Of a stretch of 64,000 nt of DNA, positions 1 through 8,069 are shown piece after piece. Under the pieces are notes generated by a model. That model was not told where the DNA came from. It saw only the letters and a list, made by a program, of their open reading frames with translations, and searched no databases. Position numbers and translations under genes: made by a program. Location: contig JBFWVL010000005.1 in assembly GCA_050246755.1 (NCBI GenBank), positions 64,001 through 128,000 of the forward strand. The letters are read 5' to 3'. This DNA is from Bacteriovoracia bacterium (GTDB lineage: Bacteria; Bdellovibrionota; UBA1018; CAIPTA01). Every line of letters starts with the position of its first letter. Within the stretch, counting starts at the first letter, position 1.

Positions 1-1035
1 CTTTTGGCGCCGCCGTGGGCCCTCTATCCGCTGGTAGTGCTCTCCACCACCGCGTCGGTAATCGCTTCCCAGGCATTGATCTCCGGAATCTTTTCGCTCA
101 CTCGCCAGGCGATCCAGCTCGGCTATATTCCCCGGCTCTCCATCGTGCATACGTCGCGCGCGGAGATTGGCCAGATCTACGTGCCGCTGATCAACTGGGT
201 TTTGCTTGCGTCCACTATTTGGCTGGTGATCACTTTTCGCTCTTCCTCCGCCCTCGCCGCCGCCTATGGCTTGGCGGTAACGGCTACCATGGCTTGCACC
301 ACCATCCTCGCGTACTTCGTGGCCCGCCGTACCTGGGGCTGGAGCCGCCTAGCGGCAGTTTCCTTGGTGTCCGCTTTTCTGTTCATCGATCTCGCCTTCC
401 TCGCGGCCAATGTGGTGAAGATCCCCCAGGGCGGTTGGTTCCCCCTCGCGGTGGGCGCCTTCATGTATTTCCTGATGTCCACCTGGCAGCATGGCCGCGC
501 GATCGTGGCCGGCCGTCTCAAGCGCAACGCCATCCCGGTGGCGCAATTCGTGCGCGACGTGGAACGGCAGAGCCCCTTTCGCGTGCCCGGCATCGCCGTG
601 TTCATGACGAGCGATCCCGATTCCACGCCCGCCGCGCTACTGCATAATCTTAAGCATAATAAAGTGATGCACGAACAGGTAGCTTTGCTCACGATCACTA
701 CCACTGATGAGCCTTACGTGCGTCACCGCGATCGCACCACTCTCGATATCGTGGCCCCGAATTTTTTCCGCATCGTGGCCAGCTATGGCTTCATGCAGAC
801 GCCGAATATTTTCGAGATTTTGGAATCCGCCAAGAAACGCGGTTTCGAATACAATTTCGAGACGATCACGTTTTTCCTTGGCCGCGAAACGATCCTGCCT
901 TCGCACCGCCCGGGCATGGCGATCTGGCGCGAGCGGATCTTTGCCTTCATGCTCAGAAATGCCCAGAGGGCCACGGCCTTCTTCCAGATTCCTCCCGATC
1001 AGGTGATCGAAGTAGGGATTCAGGTGGAGATTTAA
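1..1035 (+). CDS. kup: KUP/HAK/KT potassium transporter, 5'-truncated by window edge
   Basis: Motifs ASQALISGIFSLTRQAIQLGYIPR, GQIYVPLINW, LAAAYGLAV, ALLHNLKHNKVMHE, TFFLGRETI and C-terminal VIEVGIQVEI; frame open from base 1. Confidence 0.97.
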   Translation, partial: LLAPPWALYPLVVLSTTASVIASQALISGIFSLTRQAIQLGYIPRLSIVHTSRAEIGQIYVPLINWVLLASTIWLVITFRSSSALAAAYGLAVTATMACTTILAYFVARRTWGWSRLAAVSLVSAFLFIDLAFLAANVVKIPQGGWFPLAVGAFMYFLMSTWQHGRAIVAGRLKRNAIPVAQFVRDVERQSPFRVPGIAVFMTSDPDSTPAALLHNLKHNKVMHEQVALLTITTTDEPYVRHRDRTTLDIVAPNFFRIVASYGFMQTPNIFEILESAKKRGFEYNFETITFFLGRETILPSHRPGMAIWRERIFAFMLRNAQRATAFFQIPPDQVIEVGIQVEI

Positions 1036-1724
1036 TTTTTCTTCTTGCCCTTAGGCGCAGTTTCGAACGAAACGCTGAGCTTCTTACCCTTCTTGAACAG
1101 CTTCAGGGCTTCCTGGGCCTGGTCGATCCGCTCCGGATTATCGTCCATGAACTTTTGGATATCGATCACGGTTTCCATCGTCTGCGAAGCCTGCTTGAAA
1201 TCGCGTTGCTCGGCGAGCACCGTGGCGTAGGTATCGAGCAGCGCCACGATATTGGGCTGGTGCTGGAATAAAAACTTCATGATGCTCTCCGCCCGGTCGG
1301 CGTCGCGAAGGAGCTTGTCTTCACAGGTAACGAGCATATAGGCGAGGTTATTGAAGGCGAGCGGGTAGCCGCCCTCGGCGCTCTTCTCGTACCAGTTCAT
1401 GGCCTTGCTGCAGCTCTTCTCGATGCCGGCCATGCCGGTGGCGTAGAAGCCGCCCACGAGGTCCATGGAGGGGGCATCGCCGAGCTCGGCGGCTTCGGAA
1501 AGTTTCTCGAATGCTTTGGCGGGATTCTTCACGCGAGGATCTTTGGAGTAGAGCATCTCCACGCCCTCGGCGTGCAGGGCCGCGATTTTTTTAGCCTGCT
1601 CTTCATCGGGGGATGGGAGAGGAGCGATGGGGGCAACCACGAGCGGGGTTTCCGCTTTGGGGCTTTTATGCGAGCAAGCCGTGAGCGCGAACAGCGCTAC
1701 GCAGATGAGCGCCCGCGTTTTCAC
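1032..1724 (-). CDS. Sel1-like repeat lipoprotein
   Basis: Lipobox LTAC; Sel1 repeats (AFEKLSEAAELGDAPSMDLVGGFYATG, AMNWYEKSAEGGYPLAFNNLA). Confidence 0.8.
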   Translation of the reverse strand: MKTRALICVALFALTACSHKSPKAETPLVVAPIAPLPSPDEEQAKKIAALHAEGVEMLYSKDPRVKNPAKAFEKLSEAAELGDAPSMDLVGGFYATGMAGIEKSCSKAMNWYEKSAEGGYPLAFNNLAYMLVTCEDKLLRDADRAESIMKFLFQHQPNIVALLDTYATVLAEQRDFKQASQTMETVIDIQKFMDDNPERIDQAQEALKLFKKGKKLSVSFETAPKGKKKN

Positions 1725-2443
1725 TATTTCACCGCCGCGTAGATACGGTGCACGTCTTCTTGGTCGTCGATCGCTTGCAGGAACTCGCCCACTTCTTTCA
1801 TTTGCTCGCCGGAGAGCTCCACGAGATTTTTCGGCTTGTAACTGAATTCGGATTTGGTCACTTTCCAGCCGGCGCTGCTCAAAGCGTTGGACACGGCGTT
1901 CAGGTCGGTAAGCTCGGTATAAAAATAGGCGCCCACTTTGGCGTCGGAAAGATCTTCCTTGTCCATGGCTTCCACGTTCTGCGCGCCGGCCTCGATCGCG
2001 GCTTCTTCGATGTCTTTCATTTCCGCGTGTGTGGCTTCCACCACGCCGAGGTGATCGAACATCCAGGCCACCGAGCCGCTATTTCCCAGCTGGCCTTTGC
2101 GGAAAAGCACGCGTACGTCGGAATTGGTACGGTTCTTATTGTCGGTGAGGGCTTCCACGATCACCGGAACTTTGTGGGGAGCGAAGCCTTCGAAGGTGAT
2201 GGTTTCGTAGTTCACTTTTTCGTCGAGGAGGCCGGCGCCTTTTTTAATATTGCGCTCGATCACGTCCTTATTTACGGACTGTTTTTTCGCGGCTTCCACG
2301 GCGGCGCGCAGGCGGGGATTCGAGCCCGGATCGGGTCCCCCGAGTTTTGCGGCCACGCTGATCTCTTTCGCCAGTTTCGAAACGATCGCGCCCATCGCGG
2401 CTGATTTTGCTGCTTTACCCTGTACTTTCCATTGTGCGCCCAT
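1724..2443 (-). CDS. yebC: YebC/PmpR family protein
   Basis: GGPDPGSNPRLR, YETITFEG, VIVEALTDNKNRT, GSVAWMFD, DDQEDVHRIY; start-stop coupled to the downstream gene. Confidence 0.95.
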   Translation of the reverse strand: MGAQWKVQGKAAKSAAMGAIVSKLAKEISVAAKLGGPDPGSNPRLRAAVEAAKKQSVNKDVIERNIKKGAGLLDEKVNYETITFEGFAPHKVPVIVEALTDNKNRTNSDVRVLFRKGQLGNSGSVAWMFDHLGVVEATHAEMKDIEEAAIEAGAQNVEAMDKEDLSDAKVGAYFYTELTDLNAVSNALSSAGWKVTKSEFSYKPKNLVELSGEQMKEVGEFLQAIDDQEDVHRIYAAVK

Positions 2444-2648
2444 AGGGGATCTTTTCTACCAAGCCCCGGGAAGGCCAGCAAGGCGGTTTTGTGCCCAGAT
2501 AGCTACGCAGCGGAGAAGCGGAGCGTTAATTTGGTGCCGGAGCCTAGCCCGTAACGAAGCTCACGCCTCCAGGACTGCCTATACTGCTCGTCACCCGGGC
2601 ATAACTCCTGCAATTCCCCTCTGGATTTCAACCACCCAAAGGAAGCTT

Positions 2649-3024
2649 ATGCCAAAAACTTTTTTCGCCGTTCTCGCCTTTTCCCTCCTCGCCGCCTCTT
2701 CGGCCCGTGCCGAAATAGTGGAGATCACCGGCCTAAACTCCGAAACTTCCTCGTTCAGCGTGGGCTCGAGCAAAAGCAGCGTATACGGAATGGATAATTA
2801 CGGACGCAAACGCATTCTCGTCCGCGAAGAAGACGGGAAAAATCTTTGTTCCAAAAGGCAGAGAGATTCGCCAAAGCGGCCCGGATGGCCCCATCGAACG
2901 CGCCCTCACGAAAAGCTGCCTAAAGCTGAATATCGAGAACGATAAGCTCGTGGATTTCAAGAACAGCTGTGAGCACTCGGAGCTTGAGCAAGACGAAGCT
3001 TACGGCGCGCAAGACGCCGGCTAA
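2649..3024 (+). pseudogene. Small secreted protein apparently interrupted by a +1 frameshift (or a sequencing error)
   Basis: Signal peptide MPKTFFAVLAFSLLAASSARA. Frame 0 stops at 2945; removing one A from GGGAAAAA (2835-2842) gives a continuous ...EDGKIFVPKGREIRQSGPDGPIERALTKSC...QDAG* ending at 3024, just before the convergent gene. Confidence 0.55.
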
Positions 3025-3030
3025 GCCTAT

Positions 3031-4950
3031 CTACTTCGTGCAGGCAGGGATCTTGTTGGGAAAAAACTCTATCAACGGGTAGAAATTCTCCTTCTCATAG
3101 ATCGGAATCGGCGCAAACTCACCGTCAGGAGTCACGAGGAGTTTCGAATCTAGCTGTCGCTGTTTCCAATTGGCTAGAGGCTTGAAATCAAGGTCGGTGC
3201 TAAAAACAAAATAGGGAATCACGAGCTCCGTGCCGGCGGGAGGGGCTCCTTTGATACAGCGGGGAACTACCACTATTCCCGGATAGGCTCCGTCGCGTAT
3301 CTTGATATTAGTCCATTCGGCGGTTTGCGCACGATCCTGCTTCCATTTTTCCACCGCGGCTTCCATTTTCGTAAATGCTTCTTCTCCTAGCTGCAGCTGG
3401 GGGCGTTCTTCGGCCGGAGCGGCCTTGGCATTTAGTATGTCGGTTATATTTTCGAACCAGTCTAAGGATGTACCGACGCCGATATTGTTGAATTCACCGC
3501 GATTCTCGTGCCAGCAAGGCGGAAATTCGAAAAGGTCGTTTCGGTAACGGCTTTGTACCAATTCAAGAAAAAGCCTTTGATTGATTTGCCCTTTGGCTAG
3601 GCCCACTAGCGCGCCATCCTCGCTATAGATGGGAGATCCAGAGTTTCCTGGGCCGATTTTGCAGTTTCTGAGCTCTAGGTGCCGCATTCCTCTTTCTTCT
3701 CTTCCCGGTATGGCGATAACGCCGTCGAAAAACTCGCAAGTTTGATCATCGATATAATCGTTATTATCAAAATTTCCGGCAAACATGCGCGCTTCGGAGT
3801 TGGTGGCGCTTTTATCGGCAGGCGAAAAAATTGCCAGATCGTCGATTGGCTGGTTTAGCTTAATTAGGGTAAAGCCGGAACCTTGGCTGCTCGCCACGCA
3901 ATGCCGGCGCTGCGGTTTGCCCGAAGAGTCGCGAAAACTAAATTTTTTTACCCAGCAGAAATTGGAAGGAAGAGCCAGTGAGCCCGGGATGAACACGATA
4001 TCCCTCTCGATCGCCACGGCGGCATTCGAATCGGTATCGAATCCAACGCCGGCCTCGCAGTCCTCTGTCTTTTTGCAGAAAACATTATTTCCCGAACTGA
4101 TCAGAAACTTCCGGTCTATTTCTTCCAGCATAGGATCGCTTGGAGCAGAAATCTCGCTGAAATTTAGCTTGGCCGCGTTGATCTCGGAAGCATTCACCTT
4201 GAGAATTTTTCCGCCGCTTTGCCGTATGCCTAAAATTTTCTTATTTTTCGCGTCGAGCAGGAGATTATCTCTCTTGTCGGCCAAAACGGTAAAGGCTCTC
4301 TCACGGGGAGTGGGAGCGGAAATTTTGCAGCTATCTTCATTTTGGCGGCACGCAATAGAATCTAGGGCATCGATGCCAATTTCAGCGGGAGCATTTACCG
4401 AAGTGATCGTGACTTTCTGTGGCCCTTTGAGGCGTAGAGCGTTTGTTCTTATCGGAGGAACGGTGCGGTTCGGCATTGGCTTGGTCAGCTCAAAGATGGC
4501 GTAGTCGTCTTTTTCATGGCTAACGGTGAGCACTTTCTTGCAAGAGGCCAGATCGAAGGGAAGAGGAGGCTTCGCCGGAAAAGCAAAATGAATCAGGCCT
4601 AAACAGCCATCGCCGGGCTTTAAGCCGGGAGGGAGGCAATGCCTATTCATAATCACCTGGTTGGATTGCTCAAATAGGGAAGCCGTGCAGTTTGCCTCGT
4701 TGAAATTGACCGTGCTTGCATTAAAAACCCTAATAAGCGCCCTTGCCACCGCCGGGTTGCAAGTTGCAAGATCTCCGCACTGCAGAGTTTGGGACAGTTT
4801 CTTCTCGGCCAATTGCTTTTGATAGTATTCTTCGAGTTTTTCGGGAGTCCAGCCTAACGTTGGGTATCCGTACGGCAGCGCTTCGGCCGAGGCCCAGAGG
4901 GGAACGAAAGAAAAAAGCAGTAGCTGGAATAAAGCGAACTGTTTAAGCAT
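3031..4950 (-). CDS. Secreted trypsin-like serine protease with internal duplication
   Basis: Signal peptide; CTASL...MNRHC (His104), DDYAIFEL (Asp149), CKIGPGNSGSP (Ser437); start overlaps the murF stop. Confidence 0.75.
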   Translation of the reverse strand: MLKQFALFQLLLFSFVPLWASAEALPYGYPTLGWTPEKLEEYYQKQLAEKKLSQTLQCGDLATCNPAVARALIRVFNASTVNFNEANCTASLFEQSNQVIMNRHCLPPGLKPGDGCLGLIHFAFPAKPPLPFDLASCKKVLTVSHEKDDYAIFELTKPMPNRTVPPIRTNALRLKGPQKVTITSVNAPAEIGIDALDSIACRQNEDSCKISAPTPRERAFTVLADKRDNLLLDAKNKKILGIRQSGGKILKVNASEINAAKLNFSEISAPSDPMLEEIDRKFLISSGNNVFCKKTEDCEAGVGFDTDSNAAVAIERDIVFIPGSLALPSNFCWVKKFSFRDSSGKPQRRHCVASSQGSGFTLIKLNQPIDDLAIFSPADKSATNSEARMFAGNFDNNDYIDDQTCEFFDGVIAIPGREERGMRHLELRNCKIGPGNSGSPIYSEDGALVGLAKGQINQRLFLELVQSRYRNDLFEFPPCWHENRGEFNNIGVGTSLDWFENITDILNAKAAPAEERPQLQLGEEAFTKMEAAVEKWKQDRAQTAEWTNIKIRDGAYPGIVVVPRCIKGAPPAGTELVIPYFVFSTDLDFKPLANWKQRQLDSKLLVTPDGEFAPIPIYEKENFYPLIEFFPNKIPACTK

Positions 4951-6316
4951 TCAGCGCCTTCCAAACATTCTCCATCCTCATCCCTCGAGAACCCTTGAGC
5001 AGGATGCGGTCGCCGTTTTTGGCTTGCCGGCGCAGCGCCTCGGCCATCGCCTCTTGGCTTTCAAAATGCTTCACGTCTTTATGCCCGCGCTTTTTTAATT
5101 CCGCCTCGAGCTTCTGCATGCGGGGGCCAAAGAGCAGCACGTGGCGCACGTCGTGTTTCAGGATCGGATCGGCGAGCCCGCGGTGCATGCTCTCTTCAAG
5201 CGTGCCGAGCTCCAGCATATCTCCCAGGCATACCCAGGTTTCTCCGCTGCGCTTGGTGGCGAAGAGCGTGTCCAGTGCGGCCTCCACCGAAGCGGGATTG
5301 GCGTTGTACGTATCGGCCAGTACCTTGCAGCCACGCCATTCGTGCACTTCCGAACGGCCGGGGGGAGCTATGAAGGTGGCTAGGCCTCGCTGCATCTCTT
5401 CGGGGCTCAGTCCGAGGCCGTGAGCCAGGGTGAGGGCGCCCAGGAGGTTCCTGGCATTGTGGAGGCCTTCTAAGGGCACCTTGAATTGTTCCGCCAGGCC
5501 AGGGCGGAGGTTTTCCACGTCGAGGAAGAGGTCGTCGCCTTTGTTCACCGGGTAGCCGCGGAGATCGCCGGCTCTATCCACGCCGTAGGTAATTTTCTTG
5601 GCGCTCTTCAGGTGGAGTTTGGCCTGGTTGCGGATGCGATCGTCGTCGTTATTCACCGCGGCGAGGCCTTGGCTCTTTTCCAATACCTGGAAGAGGAGGC
5701 CTTCCTCTTTTTCCACCGTGTCGAGATCGATGAGTTTTTCCAGGTGCTCAGGGCCGATCGAGCTCAGCAATCCAGCGGTAGGCGCCACGAGCTCCAGGTG
5801 CTGGATCATGGAGTCCGGTTCGTCGATGCCCACTTCGATCACGGCCACTTCGTGCGCGGAGCGGATTCTCAGCAGGGTGGTGGGCACGCCTTGGAAGCCG
5901 TTTTGCGAAGCCAGGGTTTGCAGCACGTTTTTGTATTTCCCGCGTAGGATGGCGGCGAGCATTTCCTTCGAGGTGGTTTTCCCGGCGCTCCCGGCCACGG
6001 CGATCACGGGGATCTTGAATTCCTTGCGCCAGGCTTTGGCGAGTAAACGAAAAGCATGGAGGGTATCTGCCACGGGAAAAGAGACCATGCCGGAGGGCGG
6101 AGTGAAATCTTTGTGGTGCACGATCGCGGAGGCGCCGGCGGCTTTGGCTTTTTCGGCGAACTCGTGGCCGTCGGTGGTTTCGCCCTTGAGGGCCACGAAG
6201 AGGGAATGCGCGCGGATCTCGCGGGTATCGGAGCTGAGGCCGGCCACGGGGGAATTTATGGGGGGCAGGGGAAGGCTCAGGGCCTTGGCGATCCAGTGTA
6301 GGGAGAGGAAATCCAT
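4943..6316 (-). CDS. murF: UDP-N-acetylmuramoyl-tripeptide--D-Ala-D-Ala ligase
   Basis: LFVALKGETTDGHEF, VAGSAGKTTSKEM, DTYNANPAS, LGDMLELG, LLKGSRGMRME. Confidence 0.97.
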   Translation of the reverse strand: MDFLSLHWIAKALSLPLPPINSPVAGLSSDTREIRAHSLFVALKGETTDGHEFAEKAKAAGASAIVHHKDFTPPSGMVSFPVADTLHAFRLLAKAWRKEFKIPVIAVAGSAGKTTSKEMLAAILRGKYKNVLQTLASQNGFQGVPTTLLRIRSAHEVAVIEVGIDEPDSMIQHLELVAPTAGLLSSIGPEHLEKLIDLDTVEKEEGLLFQVLEKSQGLAAVNNDDDRIRNQAKLHLKSAKKITYGVDRAGDLRGYPVNKGDDLFLDVENLRPGLAEQFKVPLEGLHNARNLLGALTLAHGLGLSPEEMQRGLATFIAPPGRSEVHEWRGCKVLADTYNANPASVEAALDTLFATKRSGETWVCLGDMLELGTLEESMHRGLADPILKHDVRHVLLFGPRMQKLEAELKKRGHKDVKHFESQEAMAEALRRQAKNGDRILLKGSRGMRMENVWKALNA

Positions 6317-6466
6317 ATGGGTAATCGTAGCAGGAAGAATGGCCGGAATCAGTACGAACGGTGGTTGGATTTCGGGTTTCGCTGGGAGAAAACGGTGAGA
6401 TTTTCGGGGGCTTTCGACTTCTTACCAGGAACAGTGTTTGCGTTGCTGCGAGTAAGGAGAATCAGA

Positions 6467-6727
6467 ATGTTTAACACGCTAAGTTATGCTAAAAAATTGG
6501 AAGGGGTAGGCGTTTCGCGCGAACAGGCCGAAGCCCATGTGCAGATTATTGCGGAAATTGTCGAAGGTGGCTTGGCCACAAAGCAGGACATACGTGATCT
6601 TCGCGAGATAGATCTCAAAGCAATACGCGATGACATGCAGAAGATTGAATATCGTATGACCATTAAACTGGGCGCTTTTTTTGTTGCAGGGATAGCGATC
6701 CTCGCTTCGATCATGAAAATACACTGA
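6467..6727 (+). CDS. DUF1640/CCDC90-like coiled-coil protein with C-terminal TM anchor (86 aa)
   Basis: RBS AAGGAG; MFNTLSYAKKLEGVGVSREQAEAHV...LATKQDI...TIKLG plus hydrophobic tail. Confidence 0.8.
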   Translation: MFNTLSYAKKLEGVGVSREQAEAHVQIIAEIVEGGLATKQDIRDLREIDLKAIRDDMQKIEYRMTIKLGAFFVAGIAILASIMKIH

Positions 6728-6911
6728 GATAGTAGGGGGGCGTTTGGACACCAAGCAGGACATCAGAAGTGTTAGGGATGAAATTCAAGATCTCAGAGAT
6801 GAAATGAAGAGATTCGAATATCGGTTAACGATCAAATTTGGTGTGGTCATAATGGGCGGTTTTACGATTGCCGGATTTATCTTATCGTCGCTTCTAAAAA
6901 CCCACTCTTAA
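6726..6911 (+). pseudogene. 5'-truncated paralogous C-terminal cassette of the upstream DUF1640 gene (possible TTG start at 6744)
   Basis: Manual translation EIVGGRLDTKQDIRSVRDEIQDLRDEMKRFEYRLTIKFGVVIMGGFTIAGFILSSLLKTHS* aligns with EIVEGGLATKQDIRD...IRDDMQKIEYRMTIKLG... Confidence 0.7.
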
Positions 6912-6945
6912 AATATTAGCGCGAGACTCCGCGCAAAATTAAGAC

Positions 6946-6998
6946 AAAAAGTGGCCGCATCGCTCAGGGGGTGGTTAACACCGCTGAAGATGCGGCCA
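6946..6998 (-). terminator. Intrinsic terminator
   Basis: TGGCCGCATC (6952-6961) / GATGCGGCCA (6989-6998) stem with inner pairing, followed by TTTTT on the minus strand. Confidence 0.7.
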
Positions 6999-7124
6999 AG
7001 AGATCCGGTATGCCAATCCTCTTTAGGGACTAAATTTCCACCCTAAAGAGGAGGGCCACCATCATTCTGCTAGTACAACAACTCATGCAGTGACCACCCC
7101 CTTTCTAGAAGCGTCTAGCTCCTA
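6946..7124 (-). ncRNA. Candidate ~180-nt structured small transcript (sRNA or mRNA for an 18-aa peptide at 7030-7086)
   Basis: Upstream sigma70-like promoter, 5' hairpin AGGAGC/GCTTCT, 11-bp stem CCTCTTTAGGG/CCCTAAAGAGG, terminator, and 10-bp complementarity between the RBS and the terminator. Confidence 0.5.
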
Positions 7125-7129
7125 GAACT

Positions 7130-7159
7130 ATGATAGCATTCAGTTGAAAATTCCCGCAA
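7130..7159 (-). promoter_or_regulatory. sigma70-type promoter with extended -10
   Basis: TTGCGG-N18-TATCAT with TGn immediately before the -10. Confidence 0.55.
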
Positions 7160-7172
7160 GAGGGGGCTTAGA

Positions 7173-8000
7173 TTGAGCGGTCTGAAATCATTGAAGTATT
7201 TGGGATATTCCGCCGCATTTAACGCAAATAAATCGGCCCGAATAGCCGATTGCGATACCTGGTATTCGGTGAAAAATCCGCGCGGCGTGATTTTGCTTAC
7301 CCACGGCTTGAATTTGAAGCCCGCGCGCATGGACGACCTCGCCGAGGTGTTTCGCTCCGCGGGCTATAGTGTGTTCCGGCCGGCCTTCACCGGGCACTGT
7401 GGTCACAATAAATATTATTTAAGCGTGGATGCCGCTGACTGGGACCGCGATGCCCGCGAGTTTCACGAGCTCGCGAAGGCCAAGGCCGATGAGCTCGGCG
7501 TGCCGCTGCACCTCGTGGCTTATTCCTTCAGCGCGGCGATCTACCAGGCCCTCGCCGAAGAGCTGCGCTTCACGAGTAAAATTTATTTTGCGCCGGCCAT
7601 CGCGATTCGCTTCTGGTTTCCCGTGGCCGCTTTCCTCGCCCGTGCGATTCCCCGCATTACCTACCGCTCGATGAATCTCCAGGGCTACTACGCGAACGCG
7701 ACGAGTGGAATGCTGGCGGTGCAGGCGCTCGAGCATTTCGTGCGCCGGGTGGCGGCGCTACGAAAGAAAAATGATTCTACGCCCACGCTGGTGTGGATCG
7801 ATCCTAGGGATGAGCTCGTGAGCTATAAGGGGATTCGAATCCAGGCGGGAAGGCGCAAGAGCTGGCGCTTGGAAAAAGTTTCAAATGCGGGAGCGCGGAT
7901 GAATCCGGCTTACCATCACCTGATCATCAATGAAGATTCACTTGGGAAAAAGGAGTGGGAGCGGGTGACGGAGGGAAGCGTACGTTTCCTGGAAAAGTAA
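7173..8000 (+). CDS. Alpha/beta hydrolase fold protein (esterase/lipase-like)
   Basis: LLTHGLN, FRPAFTGH, nucleophile elbow variant LVAYSFSA, DPRDELV, C-terminal HHLII; start uncertain. Confidence 0.75.
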   Translation: MSGLKSLKYLGYSAAFNANKSARIADCDTWYSVKNPRGVILLTHGLNLKPARMDDLAEVFRSAGYSVFRPAFTGHCGHNKYYLSVDAADWDRDAREFHELAKAKADELGVPLHLVAYSFSAAIYQALAEELRFTSKIYFAPAIAIRFWFPVAAFLARAIPRITYRSMNLQGYYANATSGMLAVQALEHFVRRVAALRKKNDSTPTLVWIDPRDELVSYKGIRIQAGRRKSWRLEKVSNAGARMNPAYHHLIINEDSLGKKEWERVTEGSVRFLEK

Positions 8001-8064
8001 ATTTTACGTTCTGCACCGAAGGTAAAAATCACCTCCGACGTCGAAGGTAAATTTTGCCGTCCGG
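8001..8064. repeat. Short alternating palindromic repeat cluster between convergent genes
   Basis: CGAAGGTAAA occurs twice, interleaved with degenerate reverse complements (TTTTACGTTC, TCACCTCCG, TTTTGCCGTC). Confidence 0.45.
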
Positions 8065-8069
8065 ATTTC

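Noticed and set aside
2452-2512. Resemblance to SRP (4.5S) RNA: CCCGGGAAGGCCAGCAAGGC...GTGCC
   Set aside because: Lacks the conserved CAGG/AGCA internal loop and a clean GGAA tetraloop stem, and the 5' arm would overlap the yebC start
2532-2542. CTCCGGCACCA on the minus strand looks like a tRNA 3' end or att site
   Set aside because: No T-arm or cloverleaf, no second copy and no integrase
4943-6316. murF outside a dcw cluster
   Set aside because: Dispersed mur genes are not rare and the protein looks canonical
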